Source: an uncultured Candidatus Saccharimonas sp. | Lineage (GTDB): Bacteria; Patescibacteriota; Saccharimonadia; Saccharimonadales; AQU-01 | Assembly (NCBI GenBank): GCA_943358095.1 | Contig: CALRGT010000006.1 | Span: 1 to 47,419 of the forward strand | Length of the DNA: 47,419 bases | Direction of reading: 5' to 3' | In this document: one piece after another, positions 1 to 9,148 of the stretch | How the letters are laid out: the number at the start of each line of letters is the position of its first letter | How positions within the stretch are numbered: position 1 is the first letter of the stretch | Made by a program: the position numbers and the translations under genes | Notes under the pieces: model-generated | Seen by the model: only the letters and a program-made list of their open reading frames with translations | Told to the model about the DNA's origin: nothing | Databases searched by the model: none

Positions 1-42
1 ACTATCAAATCACAAGCAAGTTGAGTAGAATTAGTAAAGATT

Positions 43-1575
43 ATGAAAAAACACAGTAAGACTAAGTCCAAGCTAATCAAGAACAGAGTCTATCGCTTTA
101 TTAAAAAGCTTTTAATAAGAGCCGATGAAAAGAATAAGCAGCGCTGGGCTAACTTCCTAAAAGATTATCGCTACCTAAGTATGGTCAGTTTTGTGATGGT
201 AGGATTATTGTGCCTGTGGTCGGGCGGCATTGGTCTGTTGTCCATAATTGCGTTGATACCTATGTGTTTTTATTTGCAGTACAGCAAGGGTCGTACCAAA
301 AAGCAGTTTATGATTGATTTTTATCTTGGCGGTTTTGTACTGTGTTTATTTGCCTATTACTTCTTGTCACAGTCCACCCTAGAGACATGGGCGGTCGGCG
401 TAACGGGCGTTATGCTATTCTTGGCACCAATATTCATTTTGATTTTTTTGTCAGCAATATCGGCCCTGTCGTCCTTAATTATCGGCTACGTTTTCTATAG
501 GATTAGGTACAAAGATAGATTATTCGCTTTGGTTATACTTTGGCCGACCATGGAGCTACTTCGTAGTTTAATTTTCTCGGTAGCCAATTTTGGCCCCGGA
601 GGTAATTTGCTACCTAGCTTTAACTTTGCAGCATTAGCAGTAGACGCTAGTGGTACGCCATTGATTTATCTTTCCAGATTCTTTGGTTTTTATGGATTAA
701 GCGCCATGGTTGTAATACTTAATGTTTGTATTTATAAAATAGCCTTTAAAAGCGACAGAACGCAAAAATTGATCTACGGACTAGTACTGGCAGAAGTTAT
801 TGGGTTGAACTTTTTGACCTGGCAGCGCGGTTTCGCAAAAGCAAATCAACAAACTGTATCGGTAACGGCAATTCATTTAAATAAAGAAGATTGGGTTGAT
901 AACTATAGCGGCAATATGACTTTGAACTCTGGTACTGATGTTTTGGTTTTGCCTGAGTACGCCATATATTCTATCGATGAACGAATTAAGGAAATTGCAA
1001 GTAAAGTTTCTGACAGAGGGGGCGTTATCATGTCTAATGCCGAGCAAGCTGATGGATATAAGATAAATAATTTTGTCGTCTACAACAATAAGGGTGAAAG
1101 ATTATCAAAACAAGCAAAGTCATTTCTGATTCCGGGTGGAGAGTATATGCCTTATTTTATGAGAACTTTCTTAATTATTACTGGTAAGCGTGATTTGCTG
1201 GACATGTTCGAAAAGGAATATCCAGTCACCAAAGGACTTGTGTCAGAAAAAATTGTTAAGTTGAGTAATAATATTCGTGTTGGAGGTCTTGCCTGTAGCG
1301 GTGTCACTAGGATTGATAAGTATCAAGATCTGGCCGACCAAGGCGCTAACATTCTGACAAATAGTGCTCAGCTTACACTGTTCCCATATGATAGCTTTTA
1401 TTTCGCCAGTGCAAGAAATATGGCTCGATACCAAGCCGTAGTCACCAACCGGCCTTTTATACAGTCTGCAAGAGGTGGGGAAAGTTATATTATCGACAAT
1501 CAAGGCAATATCATAGCTGAATCGGTTGGGGAAGAGACGCAGTTGCTTCAGGCTAAAGTTCTTGTTAATCCTTGA
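43..1575 (+). CDS. lnt: Apolipoprotein N-acyltransferase-like protein (multi-TM region plus C-terminal nitrilase/CN-hydrolase domain)
   Basis: About 7-8 hydrophobic segments, W-x3-E-x2-R (WPTMELLR), G-x-Y-G-L-S, then nitrilase triad motifs VLPE (Glu), K-x2-LIPGGEYMP (Lys) and GLACSG (Cys; ICYE in canonical Lnt). Confidence 0.75.
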   Translation: MKKHSKTKSKLIKNRVYRFIKKLLIRADEKNKQRWANFLKDYRYLSMVSFVMVGLLCLWSGGIGLLSIIALIPMCFYLQYSKGRTKKQFMIDFYLGGFVLCLFAYYFLSQSTLETWAVGVTGVMLFLAPIFILIFLSAISALSSLIIGYVFYRIRYKDRLFALVILWPTMELLRSLIFSVANFGPGGNLLPSFNFAALAVDASGTPLIYLSRFFGFYGLSAMVVILNVCIYKIAFKSDRTQKLIYGLVLAEVIGLNFLTWQRGFAKANQQTVSVTAIHLNKEDWVDNYSGNMTLNSGTDVLVLPEYAIYSIDERIKEIASKVSDRGGVIMSNAEQADGYKINNFVVYNNKGERLSKQAKSFLIPGGEYMPYFMRTFLIITGKRDLLDMFEKEYPVTKGLVSEKIVKLSNNIRVGGLACSGVTRIDKYQDLADQGANILTNSAQLTLFPYDSFYFASARNMARYQAVVTNRPFIQSARGGESYIIDNQGNIIAESVGEETQLLQAKVLVNP

Positions 1576-1624
1576 TTAGTTGACTCGAAGTTAAATTCTA
1601 ATATGGATTACAAAAGAATAGTTT

Positions 1625-2437
1625 TTATTGAACAGTAGGCAGGCTGTTACCGATCATAATATCTGGGTGTTTGTATCTTACTGCAGTTGTCCACCAGCCA
1701 ATGTCGCGTGTTCTAGGCCCTGTCCTGTAGGCAGCACCATTACTATTGTCGCTATTTGATTCGAAGGTATTGATTGTTATGGTTTTGTTGACATTATAGC
1801 TAGAGAATATGCCAACATGACAAACTTTGTCGTCGAGCTTAACTAATGTGTCGCCAGGCTGTAAACTTTTAAGATCTGTAATTTGGTCTAAATTGGTGTC
1901 GCTATAAATATCAAATGCTTTTGACGGGTCGGGCCCGTAGGGATCAATTCCAGTAGCAAGGTAGTGAACGACATTCACGAATCCAACACAGTCAAGAAAG
2001 TTTTGGCTATCGTCGGTTCTTTTTTCCCACCAGCTTTTAGGGTTCTTGCCGAATCCACCATCCACGATTGTTAGGCTCGGAAAGCCGTTCACGCGCCAGT
2101 ATTCCGTCCAGCTGAGTGGCGCAGGGCTCCAAATAGCGCTGGCATAGCGATAACCTGTCAGCTCTGCTGCGCCTGCAACGCAAGATATACGCGCATTACC
2201 ACTAATTAGGCCACAAGATTCTAGACTGTATGCAATTCTAGCTGTGGTCACTTTTTTAGTGGCTGTTGATGTGACGGCAACTACAGTCACGATTATAAGC
2301 AGTAATATGATTGAGATAATAACCACGACAGGTGTTTTTGATGGCGCTGTAATAGTGTGAGCGCTAGCAGATTTTCTGCTACGCTTAATGCTTTTTTTGT
2401 TGTTAGGCGCACTGTGTATAGATTTTTTACTTTTCAT
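1625..2437 (-). CDS. Membrane-anchored NlpC/P60 (papain-like) cell-wall peptidase/amidase
   Basis: Basic N-terminus, one TM helix, then DCVGFV (catalytic Cys), LQPGD, HVGIF (catalytic His) and FESN. Confidence 0.65.
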   Translation of the reverse strand: MKSKKSIHSAPNNKKSIKRSRKSASAHTITAPSKTPVVVIISIILLLIIVTVVAVTSTATKKVTTARIAYSLESCGLISGNARISCVAGAAELTGYRYASAIWSPAPLSWTEYWRVNGFPSLTIVDGGFGKNPKSWWEKRTDDSQNFLDCVGFVNVVHYLATGIDPYGPDPSKAFDIYSDTNLDQITDLKSLQPGDTLVKLDDKVCHVGIFSSYNVNKTITINTFESNSDNSNGAAYRTGPRTRDIGWWTTAVRYKHPDIMIGNSLPTVQ

Positions 2438-2557
2438 TTGTGAGCTCGTAATCTTATGATGATCTTACTTATAACGTTAGCATATTAAATGAATTAATAC
2501 AGTGCTAGTTATTACTCTGGTCAAATCATGCAAAAAAGAGTACAATAGGTTGAATAC

Positions 2558-3991
2558 ATGAGCACTACAAGTCACACGCCAAACGTGCCGTTGACCAAAT
2601 ACAAACGGACCAAAATTATTGCAACTCTCGGACCCTCTACCGATAGTTTTGAGGCAGTAACTAATTTGATTCATGCTGGTGCAAACGGTATTCGGCTAAA
2701 TTTTAGTCATGGCAACTACGAAGAACGAGTTAAGCAAATCAAATGGATAAGAAAAGCCAGTAAAGAATACGGCAAGCCAATTGCTATAATTCAAGATTTA
2801 CAGGGTCCAAAAATACGACTAGGTGATTTCGAAGGCATAATTAACGTTCTAACTGGCCAAAATCTTAGCTTCCAGTACAATTCTGACTATGAGAGATCTG
2901 GTATTATCCCTGTCCAATACGACATAAGTAAAAAGGTTAAAAGAGGCGAGAGCGTTTATCTATATGACGGCAAAGTGCGGGTAACTGTTACTAGCGTCAA
3001 AGATGGAGTGGTGCATACGGTTGCAGAAAACGACGGCATCCTGATAAAGCGCAAGGGTATGAACTTGCCCGACACCGACTTTGGTGGCGATATTATTACT
3101 GAAAAAGATAAAGCCGACTTGGCGTTTGGCTCTACTCAAGATATTGATTATGTAGCCCAAAGTTTCGTACAGACTGCAGATGATTTGCGAAATATGAGGA
3201 AGTTAATGAAGAATCTTGGCATGACAGCCAAGTTGATAGTAAAGTTCGAGACTCGTTTGGCTGTAGAGAATATTGAAGAAATCGTACAAGAAACCGACTT
3301 GATAATGATTGCTCGTGGCGACTTGGCTGTAGAAACACCAGCCGAAAGTGTACCGATAATACAGCGCAAACTTATAGCATTAGGCATAAAATACGCTAAG
3401 CCAACTATCGTCGCTACACAAATGTTGTTTAGTATGACAGAGTCTCCTGAGCCGACTAGAGCTGAAGTCTCTGACGTAGCTACGGCAGTTATACTAGGCG
3501 CCGATGCAGTAATGTTGAGCGACGAAACAGCCAATGGTCGTTATCCTATCGAGGCCGTTAAAGTTATGAAGAGAGTTATCTTATATGCTGAATTAAACGA
3601 CCCTGACACCATGTTCTTGCCCATGGCCCAAAAAGAAATGTCCAACCAATCGGCAATATCTTCAGCCATTATAAATCTTGCATTTGATATTTGTGCTCAC
3701 GCCATAATAGCCGAGACGAAATCGGGCGCTACGGCTTTACACATTGCATCTTTCCGCCCACGCACACCAATAATCGCCGTTACATCTGTTGATCGTACTG
3801 CACAGCAACTAGCTATTGTATATGGAACTAAGAGCTATGTACGCCCAGTAAATCGATTGGCCGCAAATAAGTTAACAGATTGGCTTCACACCAAGAAAGT
3901 TCTAAATAAGGGCGACACTGTAATAATGGTGTCTGGTCAATATCCTGGAGTTATCGGCACAACCGACACAATTAAAGTCAGAGTACTTTAG
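2558..3991 (+). CDS. pyk: Pyruvate kinase
   Basis: RTKIIATLGP, RLNFSHG, DLQGPKIR, MIARGDL, ATQMLFSM, PTRAEVSDVA, MLSDETA. Confidence 0.98.
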   Translation: MSTTSHTPNVPLTKYKRTKIIATLGPSTDSFEAVTNLIHAGANGIRLNFSHGNYEERVKQIKWIRKASKEYGKPIAIIQDLQGPKIRLGDFEGIINVLTGQNLSFQYNSDYERSGIIPVQYDISKKVKRGESVYLYDGKVRVTVTSVKDGVVHTVAENDGILIKRKGMNLPDTDFGGDIITEKDKADLAFGSTQDIDYVAQSFVQTADDLRNMRKLMKNLGMTAKLIVKFETRLAVENIEEIVQETDLIMIARGDLAVETPAESVPIIQRKLIALGIKYAKPTIVATQMLFSMTESPEPTRAEVSDVATAVILGADAVMLSDETANGRYPIEAVKVMKRVILYAELNDPDTMFLPMAQKEMSNQSAISSAIINLAFDICAHAIIAETKSGATALHIASFRPRTPIIAVTSVDRTAQQLAIVYGTKSYVRPVNRLAANKLTDWLHTKKVLNKGDTVIMVSGQYPGVIGTTDTIKVRVL

Positions 3992-4045
3992 TCCGTAAAA
4001 AATTCTAGTATATAATCTTATACATTAGATAAATAAGGACTAATT

Positions 4046-5212
4046 ATGTTTACCAAGAAAACTGTCCATGATATAGATGTAAAAAATAAGACTATTGTTC
4101 TTAGGGCTATGCTAAATGTGCCAATAAAAGACGGTAAAGTTGGCGATAAGATGCGTTTAAAGGCGGCGTTACCAACAATCAATTATTTGATATCACAAGG
4201 TGCGAAGATTGTTATGATTAGTCATCATAGTCACGAAGGTCAAAGTTTGGAGCCTGTGGCTGGAGCTTTGTCGGAGTTAGTCGGTCGTCCTGTTGCTTTT
4301 GCTAGCGACTGTATAGAAGAGGTCGCGCTTGCTGCTGTTAAGGCGTTGCCAAGTGGTGGATTGTTGATGCTCGAGAACTTACGATTTCATCCTGAAGAAG
4401 AAGCTAATGATGAGGAGTTTGCGCGCACTTTGGCTAGTTACGGTGATATTTATGTTAATGATGACTTCACTACTTGCCACCGCAGTCACGCATCACTGGT
4501 CGGTATTCCTAAGTTTATACCAGCCGTTGCCGGACTAGAAGTTGAAGAAGAAGTAAACACCATCACTAGTAGTATCGATAATCCAAAGCGACCACTAGTG
4601 GCAATTGCCGGTGGTGCAAAGATCTCCACAAAAGTACCGATAATTTCGTTTTTGTTAGATAAAGTTGATGTTTTGTTTGTTGGTGGTGCTATGGCAAATA
4701 CGTTTTTGTTAGCCAAAGGTCTAGAAGTCGGTAATAGCTTGGTTGAGCTGGATCAGGTGGAGACTGCCAAACAGATAATAAAATCTGCAGAAGAAAAGGG
4801 TAAAACGCTGTTACTACCGATTGATGTTGTTGTTACTACTGATGTTAAAGAAGCCTTAAATGTTAGAGTGTTGCTTGCCGGTGATGTTGGAATCGACGAC
4901 ATTATTGCAGATTTGGGGCCTATGTCTGTACTACAACTAAACGAAGTTATAAAGCCAGAAGGTAGTGTGATTTGGAATGGTCCAATAGGTATTGCAGAAC
5001 AAAAAGAATTTGCCAATGGCACAGAAATGGTTGCGGAAGAGATAATTTCTAGTGGAGCGTTTAGTATAGTCGGCGGCGGAGATACTGCTGATTATGTTGA
5101 TGGTGCTGGTTTGGCAGATAAATTTGGTTTTGTATCTACTGGCGGCGGAGCTAGTCTTGAGCTAATGAGCGGCAATACATTGCCCGGAATAGCCGCTCTA
5201 TTAGATAAGTAA
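4046..5212 (+). CDS. pgk: Phosphoglycerate kinase
   Basis: NVPI, LENLRF, HRSHAS, GGAKIS, VGGAMANTF, WNGPIG, GGGDT, STGGGASLE. Confidence 0.98.
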   Translation: MFTKKTVHDIDVKNKTIVLRAMLNVPIKDGKVGDKMRLKAALPTINYLISQGAKIVMISHHSHEGQSLEPVAGALSELVGRPVAFASDCIEEVALAAVKALPSGGLLMLENLRFHPEEEANDEEFARTLASYGDIYVNDDFTTCHRSHASLVGIPKFIPAVAGLEVEEEVNTITSSIDNPKRPLVAIAGGAKISTKVPIISFLLDKVDVLFVGGAMANTFLLAKGLEVGNSLVELDQVETAKQIIKSAEEKGKTLLLPIDVVVTTDVKEALNVRVLLAGDVGIDDIIADLGPMSVLQLNEVIKPEGSVIWNGPIGIAEQKEFANGTEMVAEEIISSGAFSIVGGGDTADYVDGAGLADKFGFVSTGGGASLELMSGNTLPGIAALLDK

Positions 5213-5287
5213 TGCCAGTATTGATTAGTAGTTTGCGACTTTATGGCTAAGTCGAGTACAATAAGCATAGTAACGGTAATGCTTAAA

Positions 5288-6085
5288 ATGAAAAGAACAC
5301 TAATAATCGGCAACTGGAAAATGAACCTGAATACATCTCAGGCTAGTATTTTGGTGCACAGACTCGAAGAAAGAATCAAAAATCACACAAATATTGAGGT
5401 AGTATTGGCGCCAAGTATGCTTGTTCTTCAGCCGTTATCCACCCAGATAGACCGCAGGAAGTTTCGCTTGGCGGCACAGAATGCTCATCAAAAAGACGAG
5501 GGTGCTTACACAGGCGAAGTGTCTTTTGCTATGCTTCAAGACATAGTGCATTACGCAATCATTGGGCATTCTGAGCGTAGAATATATTTTCATGAAAATT
5601 TAGACACGATTCGCGACAAAGTTGCCGCAGCTGTTCGTAACGGGATTACTCCAATTTTATGTGTTGGAGAGTCGCAAACAGAACGCAATGCTGGCGAAAC
5701 TAAACGAGTAATACATGACCAATTAGTTACTGCAATCAGCAATCTAACAAGTGCAGAAATCGAAAATATGGTAATAGCATATGAGCCAGTGTGGGCGATT
5801 AGTACATTTGGCGGTATTCTAGCAAAACCTGACGACATAAAAAAAGTCATGGATTATATTCGTCACCAAGTTAGTGAACTATATGGCAAGAAAACATCTG
5901 AAACAGTTCGAGTTATATATGGTGGAAGCGTTGACGACCATATCGCTGGAGGTTATCTTGATATTGATGGCTGCGACGGTGTATTAGTTGGTGGAGCTAG
6001 TCTGAACTATCATAAATTTAGCGGAATTGTTGATGCTGCTAACAGAATTCATAATAAAAACGGAGACGAACAAAATGGCCGATAA
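5288..6085 (+). CDS. tpiA: Triosephosphate isomerase (start moved to ATG 5288, MKRTLIIGNWKM)
   Basis: GNWKM, GAYTGEVS, IIGHSERR, AYEPVWAI, YGGSV, LVGGASL. Confidence 0.97.
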   Translation: MKRTLIIGNWKMNLNTSQASILVHRLEERIKNHTNIEVVLAPSMLVLQPLSTQIDRRKFRLAAQNAHQKDEGAYTGEVSFAMLQDIVHYAIIGHSERRIYFHENLDTIRDKVAAAVRNGITPILCVGESQTERNAGETKRVIHDQLVTAISNLTSAEIENMVIAYEPVWAISTFGGILAKPDDIKKVMDYIRHQVSELYGKKTSETVRVIYGGSVDDHIAGGYLDIDGCDGVLVGGASLNYHKFSGIVDAANRIHNKNGDEQNGR

Positions 6086-6761
6086 ACCTGAGAGACCTGC
6101 ACAGAAATTTTTTGACGTATCACACCCAGGCAAGTCAACTCCAAGTTCTACTTCTAGACCTACGATTGTCGGACATCATACTATTTTGCAGGATCCAATG
6201 GTTAATGCGGATCACGAAAACGAGGAAGCTATTACAAACTCAAGTTCAATTGTTAGCCGAGTATCGACTACTAATATTATTCCTTCCGACGAAGCTGTGG
6301 CGGGTTATAATTCTACAGAAAAAATTGAAGATACTAGCGAACCTATCGTTGAAGACGTAAAAGACAAGGTTGAAGATGAGCCACAGGTAGAGGCAGATAC
6401 AGAGACAGAGAAACCGAAGACTGAAGAGACGGAGCTGATTGAACCAGAAAGCAATGAGCCTTCAGAAGAAGTTGACGAAATTAATATTCAGTCGACTGAC
6501 AATACGAATACCGAGGAGCAGAAAAAGGCCGACAAGTCTACAAAAGAAGATCTCGAAAGACAAGAAGCTATAGCTAAACTGATAGCCGATAAGACTTACT
6601 TTGCTCCAGTAGGTGTGAATAAGCGCAAGAGCTCAAAACGCAATTTTGTTATGCCGATTATTGTAGCCTTGGTGGTAGTTTTTGTAGCCGGTTACTTAGT
6701 AATTGATAGCGGAATTGTCAAAACATCAGTCAAACTACCAGTTAGTCTTTTTAATAAATAA
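6075..6761 (+). CDS. Hypothetical tail-anchored protein with long acidic low-complexity region
   Basis: ATG 6075 follows GGAG and overlaps the tpiA 3' end; E/D/T-rich middle; basic patch followed by a single C-terminal TM helix. Confidence 0.75.
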   Translation: MADKPERPAQKFFDVSHPGKSTPSSTSRPTIVGHHTILQDPMVNADHENEEAITNSSSIVSRVSTTNIIPSDEAVAGYNSTEKIEDTSEPIVEDVKDKVEDEPQVEADTETEKPKTEETELIEPESNEPSEEVDEINIQSTDNTNTEEQKKADKSTKEDLERQEAIAKLIADKTYFAPVGVNKRKSSKRNFVMPIIVALVVVFVAGYLVIDSGIVKTSVKLPVSLFNK

Positions 6762-6845
6762 CCAATCAAGTAGAAGTAACATCTGGTTGGTAAATAGTTC
6801 ATTCAACAACAGATTATAGTGCTTATATTTGGTAAACTAAAAGCT

Positions 6846-9029
6846 ATGCTTAATTCACTTACTGAAGGTCTAAACCCTGAACAACAAAGAGCCGTGCTGA
6901 CTACAGAAGGTCCGCTACTTATTCAGGCCGGAGCTGGGTCTGGCAAGACCAAAACTTTGACTCATCGTATAGCACACATAATAGCTAGTAATAAGGCGAC
7001 TCCGTATAACATTCTGTCAGTTACCTTTACTAATAAGGCCGCCAAGGAAATGCGCGAAAGAATTTATGGGCTCATGCAGGGACTAGAACATAAAAGAACT
7101 TACGAGCAGGTTGATGAAGTTCAGGTTCCGCGTAATTTTATGCCATATATGGGAACATTCCACAGTATATGTGTAAAAATATTGCGTCAAGACGGCGAAC
7201 ATATAGGTATTCCGCGCACCTTTGTTATTTTTGACGAATCTGATCGCCAGACTGCTGTTAAACAAGCTAGTCGACGGTTAATGTTAGACGAAAAAAGCTT
7301 CCCGGCTAGGCTATTGTCTGGGTTGATTAGTGGCGCCAAAAATGAACTAATCCCACCAGAAAGATACTCTGGTAATAGTCCGGCAGAGACTTCGGCAGCC
7401 CAAGTTTATCCAATATACGAAAAGATTTTGCGAGACGCTGGTGCATTAGACTTTGACGATCTAATAGGTAAGACTGTTAAATTATTGCAAGACAAAGAAG
7501 AGATAAGGCAAAAGTGGCGAAACCAATTCAGCTACGTAATGATAGACGAGTATCAGGACACTAACACTGCTCAGTATAAATTAGTAAAATTACTAGTTAG
7601 TGACAAGCACAACATTGCTGTAGTGGGTGACGATTGGCAGAGTATTTATAGTTGGCGAGGTGCTGATTTTCGTAATATCTTAAATTTTGAGAAAGATTAC
7701 CCTGGCACTGCGATTATTAAATTAGAGCAAAATTATCGTAGCACCAAGAATATTCTTGATGCCGCTCACTCGGTAATTACCAAAAACCACCAGCGCTCTG
7801 ACAAAAAGCTTTGGACATCTGAAGAGGCGGGTTTGCCAATACAAATAGTTCCGGTTAGTAGCGAGAGGGCGGAGGGTGAAGCTATTATTCGACGGATACG
7901 AAACGGGGTAGATTCTGGACAAAGACGCTATAACCATTATGCAGTTTTGTATCGAACAAATGCTCAAAGTCGTTCCATAGAAGAAGCCTTTATTCATTAC
8001 GGTATTCCGTATCGAATTGTTGGTGGCGTGAGATTCTACGATCGTAAAGAAATTAAAGATTTAATGGCTTATTTGCGCTTAATATTCCAGCCTGAAGATC
8101 GCATAAGTTTTGAGCGAATAGTAAATATTCCTACCCGTGGTATTGGTGGTAAATCTGTCCAAAACTTTTTGTCTTGGCAGCTGTCACAGGGGCTAACATT
8201 GCTGAGCGCACTTGGTAGTGTTAATGATTGTGAGACTCTTACGCCAAGGGCCAAAAAAGCATTATTTGAACTTGGCGAAATGATTGAAAGTTTGAGAGAG
8301 GTCATGGTTGATGCTAGTGTTACCGGACTTATCGATACTTTAATCAGGAGAATAGATTATTTTCGTTTTCTGGATGATGGTAGTTTGCAGGGTGAATCTA
8401 GGCAAGAAAACGTACGTGAACTAGTCAGTGTTGCTAAGGAATATCAGGATCTAGGATTAGACGGATTTCTAGAGGAAGTTGCGCTAGTTAGCGACCTTGA
8501 TAATGTGCAGTTTGGTAATAATGTCGTAACGCTAATGACACTACACGCTGCGAAAGGTTTGGAGTTTCCTGTTGTGTTCATGGCAGGAATGGAAGAGACG
8601 ATATTCCCGCATTCTAGAGCTCTTTATGACCAGTCAGAGATGGAAGAGGAGAGACGGCTTTGTTATGTTGGTATGACCAGAGCTATGACGGAACTTTACA
8701 TGCTACACGCTAGTAGTCGTATGCTTTATGGTGGCGTTCAACACAACCCACCCTCAAGGTTTTTGAGTGAAGTAGAAGGTGATGTTCAAACCGGAAGTTC
8801 ACTAGAGCTTGGCTTATCTGGTGGAGCTCTAGGTTCTCAGTTCTCGGCCTCTAGCGCGCCTGCAGAGCCACGATATGTTCCTGATTTGAATGAAGGTGAT
8901 AGTGTTAAACATCAGCTATTTGGTGTTGGTACTATCATGGAATTGAATGGCGAAGAAGCGGTTATATACTTCAAGGGAAAGGGGACGAAAAAGCTAAATA
9001 TTGGCTTTGCTCCTCTAGAAAAACTTTAG
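6846..9029 (+). CDS. pcrA: PcrA/UvrD superfamily 1A DNA helicase
   Basis: AGAGSGKT, TFTNKAA, IDEYQD, VGDDWQSIYSWRGA, LEQNYRST, YRTNAQSR, HAAKGLEF, EERRLCYVGMTRA, C-terminal Tudor-like domain (VKHQLFGVG). ATG 6846 preferred over GTG 6819. Confidence 0.96.
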   Translation: MLNSLTEGLNPEQQRAVLTTEGPLLIQAGAGSGKTKTLTHRIAHIIASNKATPYNILSVTFTNKAAKEMRERIYGLMQGLEHKRTYEQVDEVQVPRNFMPYMGTFHSICVKILRQDGEHIGIPRTFVIFDESDRQTAVKQASRRLMLDEKSFPARLLSGLISGAKNELIPPERYSGNSPAETSAAQVYPIYEKILRDAGALDFDDLIGKTVKLLQDKEEIRQKWRNQFSYVMIDEYQDTNTAQYKLVKLLVSDKHNIAVVGDDWQSIYSWRGADFRNILNFEKDYPGTAIIKLEQNYRSTKNILDAAHSVITKNHQRSDKKLWTSEEAGLPIQIVPVSSERAEGEAIIRRIRNGVDSGQRRYNHYAVLYRTNAQSRSIEEAFIHYGIPYRIVGGVRFYDRKEIKDLMAYLRLIFQPEDRISFERIVNIPTRGIGGKSVQNFLSWQLSQGLTLLSALGSVNDCETLTPRAKKALFELGEMIESLREVMVDASVTGLIDTLIRRIDYFRFLDDGSLQGESRQENVRELVSVAKEYQDLGLDGFLEEVALVSDLDNVQFGNNVVTLMTLHAAKGLEFPVVFMAGMEETIFPHSRALYDQSEMEEERRLCYVGMTRAMTELYMLHASSRMLYGGVQHNPPSRFLSEVEGDVQTGSSLELGLSGGALGSQFSASSAPAEPRYVPDLNEGDSVKHQLFGVGTIMELNGEEAVIYFKGKGTKKLNIGFAPLEKL

Positions 9030-9148
9030 ATCTTAGCTCTACGCTTTTGTTTAGCGGTGTTTACTTTGATACAATGTAGTAACTAAAGAGGCAGTTTGGT
9101 GGCAGATACCAAATTCCGTAATTCCTAGGCCCTTAGTGGCTAAAATCT

